Positions 9,087 through 18,451 of a stretch of DNA of 64,000 nt are shown here, in pieces. The stretch covers positions 64,001-128,000 of the IMG/VR virus record IMGVR_UViG_3300049988_000124. One strand, 5' to 3'. Each line of letters opens with the position of its first letter. Position 1 is the stretch's first letter. The notes beneath the pieces were generated by a model, which saw nothing but the letters and a program-made list of their open reading frames with translations, was not told the DNA's origin and searched no databases. A program made the translations under genes and the position numbers. The stretch is from a virus (lineage: Duplodnaviria > Caudoviricetes).

Positions 9087-9957
9087 GTTTGTTAATCTCC
9101 TGCTTAATGAATGATGCCAGGTGCCAGAACTGCGCTTCTCGCTGATTACCAGCTTCTCTGGCATGTGCCATCTTGGAGGCGACCTCCAGATCCTTTACCC
9201 CTCCCCGACCAACAGCATTGATGATCTGAAGGTCAACAGTTGCAGGCGCACCCTTTAGCGCTAGTGGACTGTTGGGCTTCAGGGTCAGCTCAGTCAGAGC
9301 CTTGATCCAGAGTTGCGAAACGCCAGGGAGACGGAGCTCTACGGCAAGGCTCATGATTCGCTGAACATAAGGACGACCACCTTGGCTGGCGAGCTCGAGA
9401 AGCGCACCAACGCAAATAGTCTCACCAACGCGCATGTCGCCGTAAGGCTTGGGACGCTTGATGACGGATGCTTCCGCGCGCTGACATCCCTCAACAACTT
9501 CAAGGGCATCCTCGTCCTTAGAGGCAACCATGGCCCAGAAGTTCTCCACCGGCGTCACTGACGTACGCTGATTGTTAAGCTTCACGAACGAGCTAGCACG
9601 GCTCTCCTTGGTCTCGCCGACCCGTCCGGGCCAACACCACAATTCACGAATGTGACCGTTGGTGAGCGCCGCAATCGAGGTGTGCTGACCATCTAGGATC
9701 TCGTAGAGAGGCAGACCTGTAGTCTCATCAGTCTCACCGATAGGCGAGACGACTGGCATGTGGAAAAGTTCCCAATCGAATTCAAGCGCAATCTTGGAGG
9801 CAAGTCTGGAACTGTCGCGACTGAGCTGTCGCTGATATTCATCGTTGATTCGAAGCTGACTAGTTTTCAGGAGGATAGGGGAGGGAGTGGGACCAGGATC
9901 GCGCTTCTCCTTACCCTTGGGAAGGATGAGTGCACGAAGTCTGCGTAGCTGAGTCAT
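9079..9957 (-). CDS. ParB/Srx-like domain protein (DUF6551-like)
   Basis: LRINDEYQR...PVVS...EILDGQHT. Confidence 0.7.
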   Translation of the reverse strand: MTQLRRLRALILPKGKEKRDPGPTPSPILLKTSQLRINDEYQRQLSRDSSRLASKIALEFDWELFHMPVVSPIGETDETTGLPLYEILDGQHTSIAALTNGHIRELWCWPGRVGETKESRASSFVKLNNQRTSVTPVENFWAMVASKDEDALEVVEGCQRAEASVIKRPKPYGDMRVGETICVGALLELASQGGRPYVQRIMSLAVELRLPGVSQLWIKALTELTLKPNSPLALKGAPATVDLQIINAVGRGGVKDLEVASKMAHAREAGNQREAQFWHLASFIKQEINKHA

Positions 9958-10030
9958 GGGCACACATCCTTTCATTCGTGTGAGTGCGTCTATAACAAGA
10001 TTGTTTAAAAGGTTGTAATCTTCTCTGAGT

Positions 10031-10071
10031 AGGAGTGGTACACCTTAGGTTAAGTAAAGTGTACCACTCCT
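10031..10071. terminator. Hairpin downstream of mucR
   Basis: aggagtggtacac ... gtgtaccactcct 13-bp arms. Confidence 0.65.
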
Positions 10072-10076
10072 GGTAA

Positions 10077-10520
10077 TTACTTCTTCTTGGTGATCTTCTG
10101 ACCAGCCTTACGACCCAGGCCCATCTTCTTGGCAGTCTCACTGCGCTGCTTCGAATACGAGGGAGCGACCACCGGATAGTCATCCTTCAGTCCGTAGCGA
10201 GCCCGGTACTCCGCTGCGGTCAGACCGTGACCGGTGAGATGTCGCTTCAACGTACGGTAGGGTTTCCCGTCGATCATGGAGATGATGTAGTCGGGCAGCT
10301 TGGCGAGTGACTGACGCACCGTGACTGCCTTGGTGAACGTCTCCGGTGCTTCCTTGGCAACAGACACGCCTCCGTTACCGATTTGCTGAAGCGTAGTGTC
10401 GATGCTCGTGAGAAGAATAACAGCGTCCTCGGCGGTAGCCTTATTCGATGGGTTCTCGAGGAACGCGGCCGTAATCACTGCTGCTACATTGACACGGTGT
10501 GCAGCGTTAATGGGGAGCAT
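10077..10520 (-). CDS. mucR: MucR/Ros family transcriptional regulator (Cys-free type)
   Basis: YIISMIDGKPYRTLKRHL...YRARYGLKDDYPVVAPSYSKQRSETAKKMGLGRK; GGAGG RBS. Confidence 0.92.
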   Translation of the reverse strand: MLPINAAHRVNVAAVITAAFLENPSNKATAEDAVILLTSIDTTLQQIGNGGVSVAKEAPETFTKAVTVRQSLAKLPDYIISMIDGKPYRTLKRHLTGHGLTAAEYRARYGLKDDYPVVAPSYSKQRSETAKKMGLGRKAGQKITKKK

Positions 10521-10586
10521 AAGAACCTCCTATTGGGTTGTGGAAAACAACAAGGAACAAGGGCACATAGCAACCTGTCCAAGGTA

Positions 10587-10611
10587 GTAATATAAAGGTT
10601 GACTAGCGATG
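10587..10611 (-). promoter_or_regulatory. Putative early promoter CATC-N13-TATATTAC upstream of mucR
   Basis: Matches phiKZ early core; near-identical copy at 47521. Confidence 0.6.
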
Positions 10612-10633
10612 GAAAAAACAATGACCGCCATCG

Positions 10634-10642
10634 TATGACCCC
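10634..10642 (+). promoter_or_regulatory. Putative late promoter (TATGACCCC)
   Basis: 23 nt before virion gene ATG. Confidence 0.45.
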
Positions 10643-10664
10643 TCAAGTTTTATCAAGGTGTACC

Positions 10665-11477
10665 ATGCCACAACCCGCTATGTCCTACGTACTCTCCCAC
10701 GTTATGCAGAACATTCCTCGCCAGCTCCTCGACCTGGCATTTCGCCCTCGCCAGTTCAACACCACTATTGAACAGCGCATCATCTCTGAGGTAGTTGAGG
10801 GACCCGTCCTTCTCGACCTTAACCTGGTCGGTGGTAAGCAGCGCACCATCATCATGAACTCCCAGTGGCAGATGCCGCTCGATCACGTGGAATCATTCGG
10901 GCTAATCGGTGTTGGTATGGAAGCGACCTTCTACGCCATTCCGCCTGAAGCACGCGAGTATCGCAACATCTCTTCTGTATTGGGGGTGAGTGCATTTGCT
11001 GGTGGCGCTGGTTACGGTGCTGGCGCTAACATGAATGGTCAGGATTTCGGTAACACTGCTACCTCACTCCTCAGTGAGATGCTGGGAACTCATACTGGTC
11101 GCAACAACGCGATCATGCCCCAGATGTCGCTGGAGGGATCGAACATCATTCGCTTCTATCCAGAGCTCATCACCGATGGTCTGGCGATCCGTGTCATGTT
11201 GGAACAGGACTCAGAGTTCCTCAACATGAACACCTCAGCGATCTTCGCGCTGCGAAATTTCTGCCTGTGTGCCACCATGCGCTACGTGGTCAACAACCTC
11301 ATCGTTCCGGTTGATGAGACCGAAGTTGTCGCTGGTATGGAGATCGGGGTAATCAAGACGCTGATCATGGAGTATAAGCAGGAAGTCGAGAAGTACAACG
11401 AACTCCTTGTCAAGCTGAAAGGTGCTATGCACTTTGATCAGCAGACCATTGGTCGCATGATGTATTTTGCACTATAA
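10665..11477 (+). CDS. phiKZ-like conserved virion structural protein
   Basis: NIPRQLLDLAF...TIEQRIISEVVEGPVLLDLNLVGG resembles a conserved phiKZ-family gene; start after AAGGTG. Confidence 0.55.
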   Translation: MPQPAMSYVLSHVMQNIPRQLLDLAFRPRQFNTTIEQRIISEVVEGPVLLDLNLVGGKQRTIIMNSQWQMPLDHVESFGLIGVGMEATFYAIPPEAREYRNISSVLGVSAFAGGAGYGAGANMNGQDFGNTATSLLSEMLGTHTGRNNAIMPQMSLEGSNIIRFYPELITDGLAIRVMLEQDSEFLNMNTSAIFALRNFCLCATMRYVVNNLIVPVDETEVVAGMEIGVIKTLIMEYKQEVEKYNELLVKLKGAMHFDQQTIGRMMYFAL

Positions 11478-11487
11478 GCACGAAGAA

Positions 11488-11519
11488 AGTAAGAGGAGGG
11501 CGTCTGCCCTCCTCTTACT
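11488..11519. terminator. Bidirectional hairpin between convergent genes
   Basis: agtaagaggagggc-gtct-gccctcctcttact. Confidence 0.8.
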
Positions 11520-11521
11520 AA

Positions 11522-12127
11522 TCAGTCACGATGTTCAACCGTCCACATTCCGACCACGGCCAGATCAGTCTCTGTCTCTCCTTCGCGAGCAGCCTGCTCC
11601 TGGAGAAGAATAACAGCGTCCAGTGGATCGTTGAGGAGTACAGAGACGAATGCCTTGAGGATCGTCTCGGAGACGCGCTTGACCTGCGGCAAGGGAGGCT
11701 TGGGGGTTAGCTCCAGCGCATTCATGATGGCGGTGTTGAGGGCAATCACGATCGAAGGACGAATCACCTCCATCGTGATATCCTCGTTGATCCCCTGGTT
11801 CACGTTGGCGTAGAAGCCGTTCATGAACTGGTCGATATCAATCGTGCTCTCGAGGCGCACATCGTCCTTGATGCTGAAGATAGCACCATTACCGTTGAGG
11901 CTGGTGATGTTGATCAGGATGCGGGTTGCATCACCGTCCTCATCGGTGCGACGATGTTCCTCAGATAAAAGCTGCGATACCTGCATCTGGGTAGCAGGGT
12001 CTGCTGCCAGGAACCCCATGAAGTTCTCATCAGCATTCAGGCGGTAGAGCTTACTCTCCACGATGAGCGGCTTACTATCTGTTCCCACCAACACTGCGGT
12101 TTCTGCCACCGGGGTTGTGTCTTCCAT
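11522..12127 (-). CDS. Hypothetical protein
   Basis: 201 aa ORF with GGAG RBS. Confidence 0.65.
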   Translation of the reverse strand: MEDTTPVAETAVLVGTDSKPLIVESKLYRLNADENFMGFLAADPATQMQVSQLLSEEHRRTDEDGDATRILINITSLNGNGAIFSIKDDVRLESTIDIDQFMNGFYANVNQGINEDITMEVIRPSIVIALNTAIMNALELTPKPPLPQVKRVSETILKAFVSVLLNDPLDAVILLQEQAAREGETETDLAVVGMWTVEHRD

Positions 12128-12198
12128 GTATAAACTCCACGTCTAAAAGGTTCATAAGTGAGTCGACCAAACGACTACAAAAAAGAAATGGGGAAAGA

Positions 12199-12223
12199 GG
12201 AGAGGGGCATATCGCCCCTCTCC
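12199..12223. terminator. Intergenic hairpin
   Basis: ggagaggggc-atatc-gcccctctcc. Confidence 0.65.
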
Positions 12224-12245
12224 TTACTAAGTTGTGTGAAAGATA

Positions 12246-12530
12246 TTAGGCAGCAGCAAGCGCGAGTTGGGCAGGGTTCTTGGGAGCTTCTTGACGAACG
12301 ACGGTGAACACCGAGGGGCTCTGGAGTTCATTATTAAGCGTCTGCAACATGACGATCATCTCGCTCAGTGCCCTTTCGTCGAGCTTGTCAACGATGGTCC
12401 TGGCAGCGGGCGCGTTGTCGGTCGCCAGCTTGAACCACACGAAGAGCTCATGCCTCAGATACTTGACGTAGTCGGTATGGATCTCACCATCCGAGGACGT
12501 CCACGACGGAACTCCGTTGAAGTTACACAT
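12246..12530 (-). CDS. Hypothetical protein
   Basis: ORF with AAGGA RBS. Confidence 0.55.
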   Translation of the reverse strand: MCNFNGVPSWTSSDGEIHTDYVKYLRHELFVWFKLATDNAPAARTIVDKLDERALSEMIVMLQTLNNELQSPSVFTVVRQEAPKNPAQLALAAA

Positions 12531-12572
12531 AGGTAATCCTTCTTGCTACTAGAGGAAAATAAAGGCTCTTGA

Positions 12573-12950
12573 TTATATTTTCAGCAGTCCAATGACGTAG
12601 ACGAAGATGTGAGCAACGATGACAATAACGTTGAAGATAGTTAGCCCGTGGATTATTCGTTGGCGATGGCCAAATCGAATCCAAATGGCTTTCTGTTCTT
12701 CTTCGTCGACACCGTAAGCCTTCAAGATCTCATCACGACTATGTCCGCGAAGCTTAGTGTGAATGATTTCACTACCGACCATTCGGCGGATTCTGGTCAT
12801 GATGCGAAACTTGGTCTTGTCTCCCATCCTCCCCCACGTCTGGACCGTGAAGTTCTCGTAGTCATACTCGAGACCATGGCTAGTGCCTTCCCAGTCCACA
12901 GGACCAGGAATGTCGATCCCTTCAGGCGGGATGTCATCAAACTTGATCAT
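12573..12950 (-). CDS. Hypothetical protein with C-terminal transmembrane helix
   Basis: Hydrophobic tail IIHGLTIFNVIVIVAHIFVYVIGLLKI. Confidence 0.6.
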   Translation of the reverse strand: MIKFDDIPPEGIDIPGPVDWEGTSHGLEYDYENFTVQTWGRMGDKTKFRIMTRIRRMVGSEIIHTKLRGHSRDEILKAYGVDEEEQKAIWIRFGHRQRIIHGLTIFNVIVIVAHIFVYVIGLLKI

Positions 12951-12966
12951 GTGGACTGGTCCTTTA

Positions 12967-13218
12967 CTAACCGCGTGCTAGTGCACCCAGTGTGCCGGTA
13001 CCGAAGATGAAGCCGAGATTATACGGCCATCCGGTGTTGACGGCTTCGTAGATTCCGACAGTGTTGTCGAAGAACGAGATGATGAACGCCGGAACAAGAA
13101 TGATTCCGTGCCATAGTCCAACCCAGAAACCAGACTGAGCACCGTCCACGGCGGGGATTGCATCTGCACAAGCACTAAGTGCCAGGCAGAGAATCAGAAC
13201 ACAAGCAATCTTCTTCAT
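12967..13218 (-). CDS. Small membrane lipoprotein
   Basis: MKKIACVLILCLALSAC lipobox; GFWVGLWHG motif. Confidence 0.7.
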   Translation of the reverse strand: MKKIACVLILCLALSACADAIPAVDGAQSGFWVGLWHGIILVPAFIISFFDNTVGIYEAVNTGWPYNLGFIFGTGTLGALARG

Positions 13219-13234
13219 AACGCTAATCCTTTCG

Positions 13235-13897
13235 TTAGTAAGGCAGGCGCTTGTAAGCCTGACCCACAGCAGTCGCCAACGTGATCGAATCATCGAGGGA
13301 ATTGTGGAGTACACCGTGACGATGTTTCTTCATCCAAGCGCTGTGATCACCCACAGCGGCTGCATCAAAGATTGTGCGGCTATCGCGCGGTGCGCGGTAG
13401 TGCCAGGGGACAGGTAGTCCCACGACATGGAACCACGCCTCGATGATCGGGGGATCATAGGCACGTCCGTGTCCCCAGACCCGACAGCTGTTCTCATTCT
13501 CCGGGTCAACACCCAAGGAGCGCATCCACTCGGAGAACGCGATGAGACCTTCCTTCAAGTCGACCGGGTTCTCGAACGCAGCTTGTGCTTCTTGTGGTTG
13601 CGCATGCCACCATTTCACCGTATCAGGGTCACGCCACAGACCCGGCCACCGCCTAGGTGAGTTCATCGAGTCGAGGTCGATCTGTGTGTAATGAGTGGGT
13701 GAAAAGAGTCCCTGGAGCGGATTATGGAGAGCAACGTGGAAAGCGTAGCCGTGCTCACCGTCCAGGTCAGAGCGATCGTCATCGGCAACGAACTGCGTGT
13801 GTGGATTGAACACAATCCCGCCGATACTGCGTGCATCGCAGCCAGCGCGCTTACCCCAAGTCTCCGTGTCCAAAGCAATATTGATTGGTGATTTCAT
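13235..13897 (-). CDS. DEDDh 3'-5' exonuclease (Rv2179c/ExoVIII-like)
   Basis: LDTET, WGHGRAYD, RDSRT, HNSLDD. Confidence 0.8.
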   Translation of the reverse strand: MKSPINIALDTETWGKRAGCDARSIGGIVFNPHTQFVADDDRSDLDGEHGYAFHVALHNPLQGLFSPTHYTQIDLDSMNSPRRWPGLWRDPDTVKWWHAQPQEAQAAFENPVDLKEGLIAFSEWMRSLGVDPENENSCRVWGHGRAYDPPIIEAWFHVVGLPVPWHYRAPRDSRTIFDAAAVGDHSAWMKKHRHGVLHNSLDDSITLATAVGQAYKRLPY

Positions 13898-13943
13898 GAC
13901 TTATCCCCTAACTGATTTATCATAGCTTCAACCTAACGTGGAT

Positions 13944-13983
13944 ATTAATAATGGGTAGCCGATCATGGCTACCCATTATTAAT
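13944..13983. terminator. Intergenic hairpin
   Basis: attaataatgggtagcc-gatcat-ggctacccattattaat. Confidence 0.75.
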
Positions 13984-15140
13984 CAATCATTGCCTCCCCA
14001 GCCACCATCGGCACCGCCACCACCGAAACCGTTGTCACTTCCACCACTATCGAAGGTGTCGGACGAAGGAGCCGTGTAGCTGTTGCGATTGGAATCATCA
14101 TTACTGTTGTCAGATGATCCAAACATCGAACCGATGGCAGCACCGGTAATGAAGTCGCTCGCTGAGTCATTGTCATACGAGCGCGATGGCCTAGGCGTCG
14201 GGGTAGGGGCCACCGGCCGTGCCTTCGAGGGGGGAACATACCGAGCGGCCTTAGGTGGCGTCGGGTCTCGGTGAACCTGTCGCTGCGCTGCTTCGAGGGC
14301 AGCAAGATCCGACTTGCTATACCTACCAGGACTTCCGATATGACGGGGGGCTGCTTGAAGACCAGCTGCGCCACGCGGAATGTCGAGATCGAGAGGTGGC
14401 TTGTAGCTCGAACCGGCAGCAGAGTTCTTCCGACGCTCGAGTTGCTCGGCACGAAATACTGCTTCTTTCTCTTCTTCTTCGCGGATCTTCCGAAGACGCT
14501 CAATCTCGAGTTCTTCCTCCTTTCGGCTTTGACGAATGAGAACGGCTCCAGCTGCTCCCAGGATCGCCACCAGACCGATTAAGATCCACCCGAAGCCCGA
14601 ACTATCACTCTTGGTCGACGGGGCTGTAGCAGCCTTCTGGGGCATCACAGCAGGCGGCGGAGCAGTGATGCTCATGATCGCCTCTGATGCTGCAGTCACC
14701 GCTCCCATTGGGTCATTCTCTCTGGCCCGAGGAAGGATCACATCATCGATGATATCTTTGGAGACCGCATCGGTGAGAACGTATTCCAACCCTCGACCGA
14801 CCTCAACACGAGCGATCTTCTCCTTAGGCGCATAAATGATAATCGCGCCGGTGCTCTCACTGGCCATCTGACCATTACCGAGCTTCCAGAATCGACCTAG
14901 CTTATAGCCATAGTCTTTGATGCTGAGTCCTTGGAGCGATGCAGGTACTGCTACAACGAGCTGGCGGCCGGTGCTCTTGTTCCAGGCAACGATGCGATTG
15001 TTGAGGATACGCTCCTCGCTATCGGGAAGGATGTTGGCTTCATCGACGACTGCCAATCCTTTTCGGTCCGGGAAAGTCTGAGCCTGCGCTGCCACAGGCG
15101 AGAGCATCAATGCTAAACACAGCAGAAGTTTCTTGTTCAT
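13983..15140 (-). CDS. TPM domain (YgcG-like) membrane protein
   Basis: Signal peptide; VVDEANIL...RVEVGRGLEYVLTD; TM helix; Gly-rich tail GFGGGGADGGW. Confidence 0.85.
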   Translation of the reverse strand: MNKKLLLCLALMLSPVAAQAQTFPDRKGLAVVDEANILPDSEERILNNRIVAWNKSTGRQLVVAVPASLQGLSIKDYGYKLGRFWKLGNGQMASESTGAIIIYAPKEKIARVEVGRGLEYVLTDAVSKDIIDDVILPRARENDPMGAVTAASEAIMSITAPPPAVMPQKAATAPSTKSDSSGFGWILIGLVAILGAAGAVLIRQSRKEEELEIERLRKIREEEEKEAVFRAEQLERRKNSAAGSSYKPPLDLDIPRGAAGLQAAPRHIGSPGRYSKSDLAALEAAQRQVHRDPTPPKAARYVPPSKARPVAPTPTPRPSRSYDNDSASDFITGAAIGSMFGSSDNSNDDSNRNSYTAPSSDTFDSGGSDNGFGGGGADGGWGGND

Positions 15141-15171
15141 GTGTAAACCCCTTATTCTGTTAGAGCGAACG

Positions 15172-15492
15172 TTAACTTAAGCCTTCCATATACTGCGAGA
15201 GATTGTGACCCCCTCGGTAATTGTCGATCACCCACTGATACGGATGGACCCAACCATCAGGGGTGTCCCGTACTTCGCGAGGATAGATCAACTCCAGGAG
15301 ATGATACATAGCAGCGCCGTGGAAGAAGGGAATATTGTTGTCTTCCCACTTCTGTCGGTACTGGTAGTATTTATCCCCCGAAGAGGTGAAGCTGCCTTCC
15401 AAGCCGATCAGATCGGCTCTTCCCATGTTGGTGAGAATGGTGTGAAAATGGTCGTCGAGGAATTTGTAATGACTGCGTGGACGCTGTAGCAT
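15172..15492 (-). CDS. Hypothetical protein
   Basis: AGGAG RBS. Confidence 0.55.
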   Translation of the reverse strand: MLQRPRSHYKFLDDHFHTILTNMGRADLIGLEGSFTSSGDKYYQYRQKWEDNNIPFFHGAAMYHLLELIYPREVRDTPDGWVHPYQWVIDNYRGGHNLSQYMEGLS

Positions 15493-15682
15493 AACTCAAC
15501 TCCTGTTGCAAGTGGGTGATAGAAAATGGTCTACCCCTCATCTCGCGAAGGGTGACTAGCTGGTGTTGTAGGTCTTTAATGGAGCGGATACGGAAGCTAT
15601 CGGGATTCTTTTCCTTGTGTAGGAATCGAAGTGCCGATATCAGCTTTCTCCGCTTAAAGACGTATACATGTTGATCATGCAC
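15371..15682 (-). CDS. Hypothetical protein (3' end overlaps next ORF by about 120 nt)
   Basis: Strong GGAGGT RBS, but the overlap makes the 3' end doubtful. Confidence 0.35.
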   Translation of the reverse strand: MHDQHVYVFKRRKLISALRFLHKEKNPDSFRIRSIKDLQHQLVTLREMRGRPFSITHLQQELSYATASTQSLQIPRRPFSHHSHQHGKSRSDRLGRQLHLFGG

Positions 15683-15693
15683 GACATACCTCC

Positions 15694-15870
15694 CTATCTG
15701 GTTTGGTTGATGTTCCTATCTGCCCTCTGGATCATAGCCATCGACTCACGCAGTGAGGTGAATACGACACTATCTTGATCAGGCTTCAGTTTAACGAACA
15801 CGTCCTCCACTTTTCGGTAAGCGTCGAACAGCTGTTGACTATTCCAAGCGTGTACTTGGGCTTGGGCCAT
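15694..15870 (-). CDS. Small hypothetical protein (58 aa, not in ORF track)
   Basis: MAQAQVHAWNSQQLFDAYRKVEDVF...; GGAG RBS; fills gap. Confidence 0.55.
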   Translation of the reverse strand: MAQAQVHAWNSQQLFDAYRKVEDVFVKLKPDQDSVVFTSLRESMAMIQRADRNINQTR

Positions 15871-15873
15871 TGA

Positions 15874-16164
15874 TTACTCCTCTGGTCCTAACATGGGCAT
15901 CTCCCAACTAGGATTACCCTTTTGACATTCTTCCCTGGTCTTGGTCGCTTCTAGATTGTCCCCGTAGTCCGAGTCCCCGCATTTGGTGCAGGAGTAGACT
16001 GGAACGGAGCAATCGCAAGCATCACCTAGATCACATGAAGCGTTCTTACCCCCGGCGAACTGCATATCGCATCCTACCTTTCGGCAGTCTTCCGACTTCT
16101 GTTTACGCTCTAGACGGGCTAGATGATCTTTGGCTTTCTCGATTTCTTCTTGCAGAGTATCCAT
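15874..16164 (-). CDS. Cys-rich hypothetical protein
   Basis: CRKVGC...CDCSVPVYSCTKCG...C. Confidence 0.6.
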   Translation of the reverse strand: MDTLQEEIEKAKDHLARLERKQKSEDCRKVGCDMQFAGGKNASCDLGDACDCSVPVYSCTKCGDSDYGDNLEATKTREECQKGNPSWEMPMLGPEE

Positions 16165-16169
16165 GAAAG

Positions 16170-16388
16170 TTACTCCTTAGATGAGTCCATCGTCTCGGCT
16201 GCAAGTTTGAGAGCCAAGAGCTTTGTAATACTGAGCTCCAAGATACCAATTGCGACGTTCGCTTCGCCCGAGGTGACTTGGATTCCGTTAATGATCTTAC
16301 CACCAGCATCGGCAATTTCTTTCCAGGCGAGTTTCATCGCCTCGAGTTCCACTGCCGAAGCCATGATCAAATCTTCTAGTTGCTTCAC
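16170..16388 (-). CDS. Hypothetical protein
   Basis: ORF with GGAG RBS. Confidence 0.5.
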   Translation of the reverse strand: MKQLEDLIMASAVELEAMKLAWKEIADAGGKIINGIQVTSGEANVAIGILELSITKLLALKLAAETMDSSKE

Positions 16389-16456
16389 AGCTACTCTCCA
16401 AATGACTATTCAACAATAGGGTGGAAGCATGACGCCCCCACCCCCAAGTAGACTAG

Positions 16457-16672
16457 TCAGGTGGTGGCACCCGTCATGTCGATGACCAGGTGACCGAACT
16501 GGGGAAAGCGCATGCGCCGCCACGCACCCTTTCGCCAGACGTACGGATCGAGGCCGTATTCCATCTCACAGCGGATCGCTTTGTGGTCACGGTAGACGCA
16601 CAAGAGCTTGCCCCTGGACAACTTCTTTGCGGCCTTCTTCATGATGGCGGGGATATTGGTGATCTCAGTCAT
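16457..16672 (-). CDS. Hypothetical protein
   Basis: ORF with GGAG RBS. Confidence 0.5.
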   Translation of the reverse strand: MTEITNIPAIMKKAAKKLSRGKLLCVYRDHKAIRCEMEYGLDPYVWRKGAWRRMRFPQFGHLVIDMTGATT

Positions 16673-16738
16673 GATTGTGTCTCCGACCCATAATTAGGTC
16701 AATCGTAGAATAACAGTTTCATCTGTTTGTTTCTTCTT

Positions 16739-16945
16739 TTAACTTGGTGTCAAAGATAAGGAATCTTCATAACGAAGATGATCAATCCATTCTTGAGCTT
16801 TTACTTTTGAAGGAAATGATTCCAAGGCACCATGTTTGTCTTCCACAACAAAACACTGTGCTTGAGATTCACCACAATCATACCAACCATTACCTTCTCC
16901 TTTGAGTTCGGCTTGTGGTTGGATGAAATAATCGTCTTTAGCCAT
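16739..16945 (-). CDS. Hypothetical protein
   Basis: AT-rich ORF with AGGA RBS. Confidence 0.5.
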   Translation of the reverse strand: MAKDDYFIQPQAELKGEGNGWYDCGESQAQCFVVEDKHGALESFPSKVKAQEWIDHLRYEDSLSLTPS

Positions 16946-16946
16946 G

Positions 16947-17231
16947 TTAATTCCTTTCCTGGTTGACCAGTTGTTCTCTGATTACTGGCCAGCTATTGAC
17001 TAACTCAGCAACAAAACGAGCATTGGCTTCTTGATCCCATTCGGGCCGACAAGTCGAGTTGCACGAGAAATCAGCAATGGGATGAATGTTGCAGTCATCA
17101 TCACTGTAGATAACGACGTCAGACTTGGTGGGATAGTGGACCTTCTCACCATCGCCACTAGTTACTTCCCATTTACCCTGGGTTGCTTGTTTGGCGAGTT
17201 CATCCAAACGTTCGATATCAACCGTGGTCAT
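16947..17231 (-). CDS. Ead/Ea22-like N-terminal motif protein
   Basis: RLDELAKQATQGKW...ANARFVA. Confidence 0.55.
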   Translation of the reverse strand: MTTVDIERLDELAKQATQGKWEVTSGDGEKVHYPTKSDVVIYSDDDCNIHPIADFSCNSTCRPEWDQEANARFVAELVNSWPVIREQLVNQERN

Positions 17232-17785
17232 GGTAGATTGATCTCAGCGTAGTGGGTCGGCTGATAGATGTCCGAGTAGGCGCGCACTGCTCGCATCTGC
17301 CACACCCAAACCTTCAGCTTCTTGCTCCACTTTCCAATAATGATCCGCTCATGGTAATCCGAGAGAATACCCAAGTCATACTTCAGGAGAACATTGCGTC
17401 CGTCCCTCAGTTCTTCGCGCATCTCCTCAACCGGATGCCAAGTAATGTCACCTGGTTTGTCAGCAACATCGTTCATGGCTGATGAACGAACTATTGGATC
17501 AGAAGATCTTTCCTGATACCCCTCGATGTCAGTTAGGTCGAAGCTAGAAACGATACCAAGACTGGGATTACCCGTGCGCATCATCATCCATCCAGGACCG
17601 ACGTTGGCGTGCTCAGCGAAGTAATATTCCTCACGAGCACGAGTAGTCACGTGGGTAGCCATCACCGTCTGGAAGAGTTCACTAAGGGCAGTGATATGCT
17701 TGTACTCACTGCGCTCCTCTGGGGTCAGTCTAGCGTGAGCATCCTTATCGAGCTGCACCAAATCTACTTCGTTACTGTCGCTCAT
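17228..17785 (-). CDS. Hypothetical protein
   Basis: 185 aa ORF, coupled to next gene. Confidence 0.6.
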   Translation of the reverse strand: MSDSNEVDLVQLDKDAHARLTPEERSEYKHITALSELFQTVMATHVTTRAREEYYFAEHANVGPGWMMMRTGNPSLGIVSSFDLTDIEGYQERSSDPIVRSSAMNDVADKPGDITWHPVEEMREELRDGRNVLLKYDLGILSDYHERIIIGKWSKKLKVWVWQMRAVRAYSDIYQPTHYAEINLP

Positions 17786-17796
17786 GTTTTTATCCT

Positions 17797-18111
17797 TTAA
17801 GCTAGTTGAGAAAGCAGGAGCTCAGCCATGGTTCGTCCCTGATCGGTCGGAGCAAAGCGAGCAACGATATATCCGCCTTCTGTGAAATGGGGATCGAGTT
17901 TCAGCATCTTTTCTGGATCGATGTTCATCACCAGAATTTTACTGCCCTCGAAGTTCGTGCAGCCAGGATAGATCACTTCAGCTAGGAAGTACTGACCTAT
18001 CTGCTTGGAAGACCTAAGCTTGAAGACATAGGGGTTTGGGTTACCGGCATCCCTGCGGGCGGTAGATCCTTCTTCCTCAGTGGATGAACTCAGTCCCATT
18101 TTCATACCCAT
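17797..18111 (-). CDS. Hypothetical protein
   Basis: ORF with GGAGG RBS. Confidence 0.55.
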   Translation of the reverse strand: MGMKMGLSSSTEEEGSTARRDAGNPNPYVFKLRSSKQIGQYFLAEVIYPGCTNFEGSKILVMNIDPEKMLKLDPHFTEGGYIVARFAPTDQGRTMAELLLSQLA

Positions 18112-18129
18112 GATCTTCCTCCTTGAGAT

Positions 18130-18159
18130 ATAGGTCCCTGCGTTATTGCAGGGACCTAT
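18130..18159. terminator. Intergenic hairpin
   Basis: ataggtccctgc-gttatt-gcagggacctat. Confidence 0.7.
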
Positions 18160-18168
18160 CGTTATCCA

Positions 18169-18360
18169 TCAAGGGATCTCATCTTCCTTGATGTACTGGG
18201 GCCAGCGCTGCTGGATCTCCCTCATCCAAGTACGCATGCGCTCGGTCTGCTTGACGTAGAAGTCACCCTCTTTGTCCTTGAATCGCTCGACCCAAGGCTT
18301 CCAGGCGTTGAACGTCCTGAGATCAGACTGCCAGCGCGAGTTCTTGAAATCGTAAGCCAC
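18169..18360 (-). CDS. Hypothetical protein
   Basis: GTG start after AGGA. Confidence 0.5.
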   Translation of the reverse strand: MAYDFKNSRWQSDLRTFNAWKPWVERFKDKEGDFYVKQTERMRTWMREIQQRWPQYIKEDEIP

Positions 18361-18451
18361 GAGATTCCTTCCTTATAGGCGAGATGCCTATATATCGAAA
18401 AGAACCCGATTCCACATCCTGAACTGGATGTTCATGGTGTTTTCCTTTTCG

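Noticed and set aside
15371-15492. Programmed frameshift joining 15682 and 15492 ORFs
   Set aside because: Each ORF has its own RBS and no slippery site was seen; overlap or a sequence error is simpler
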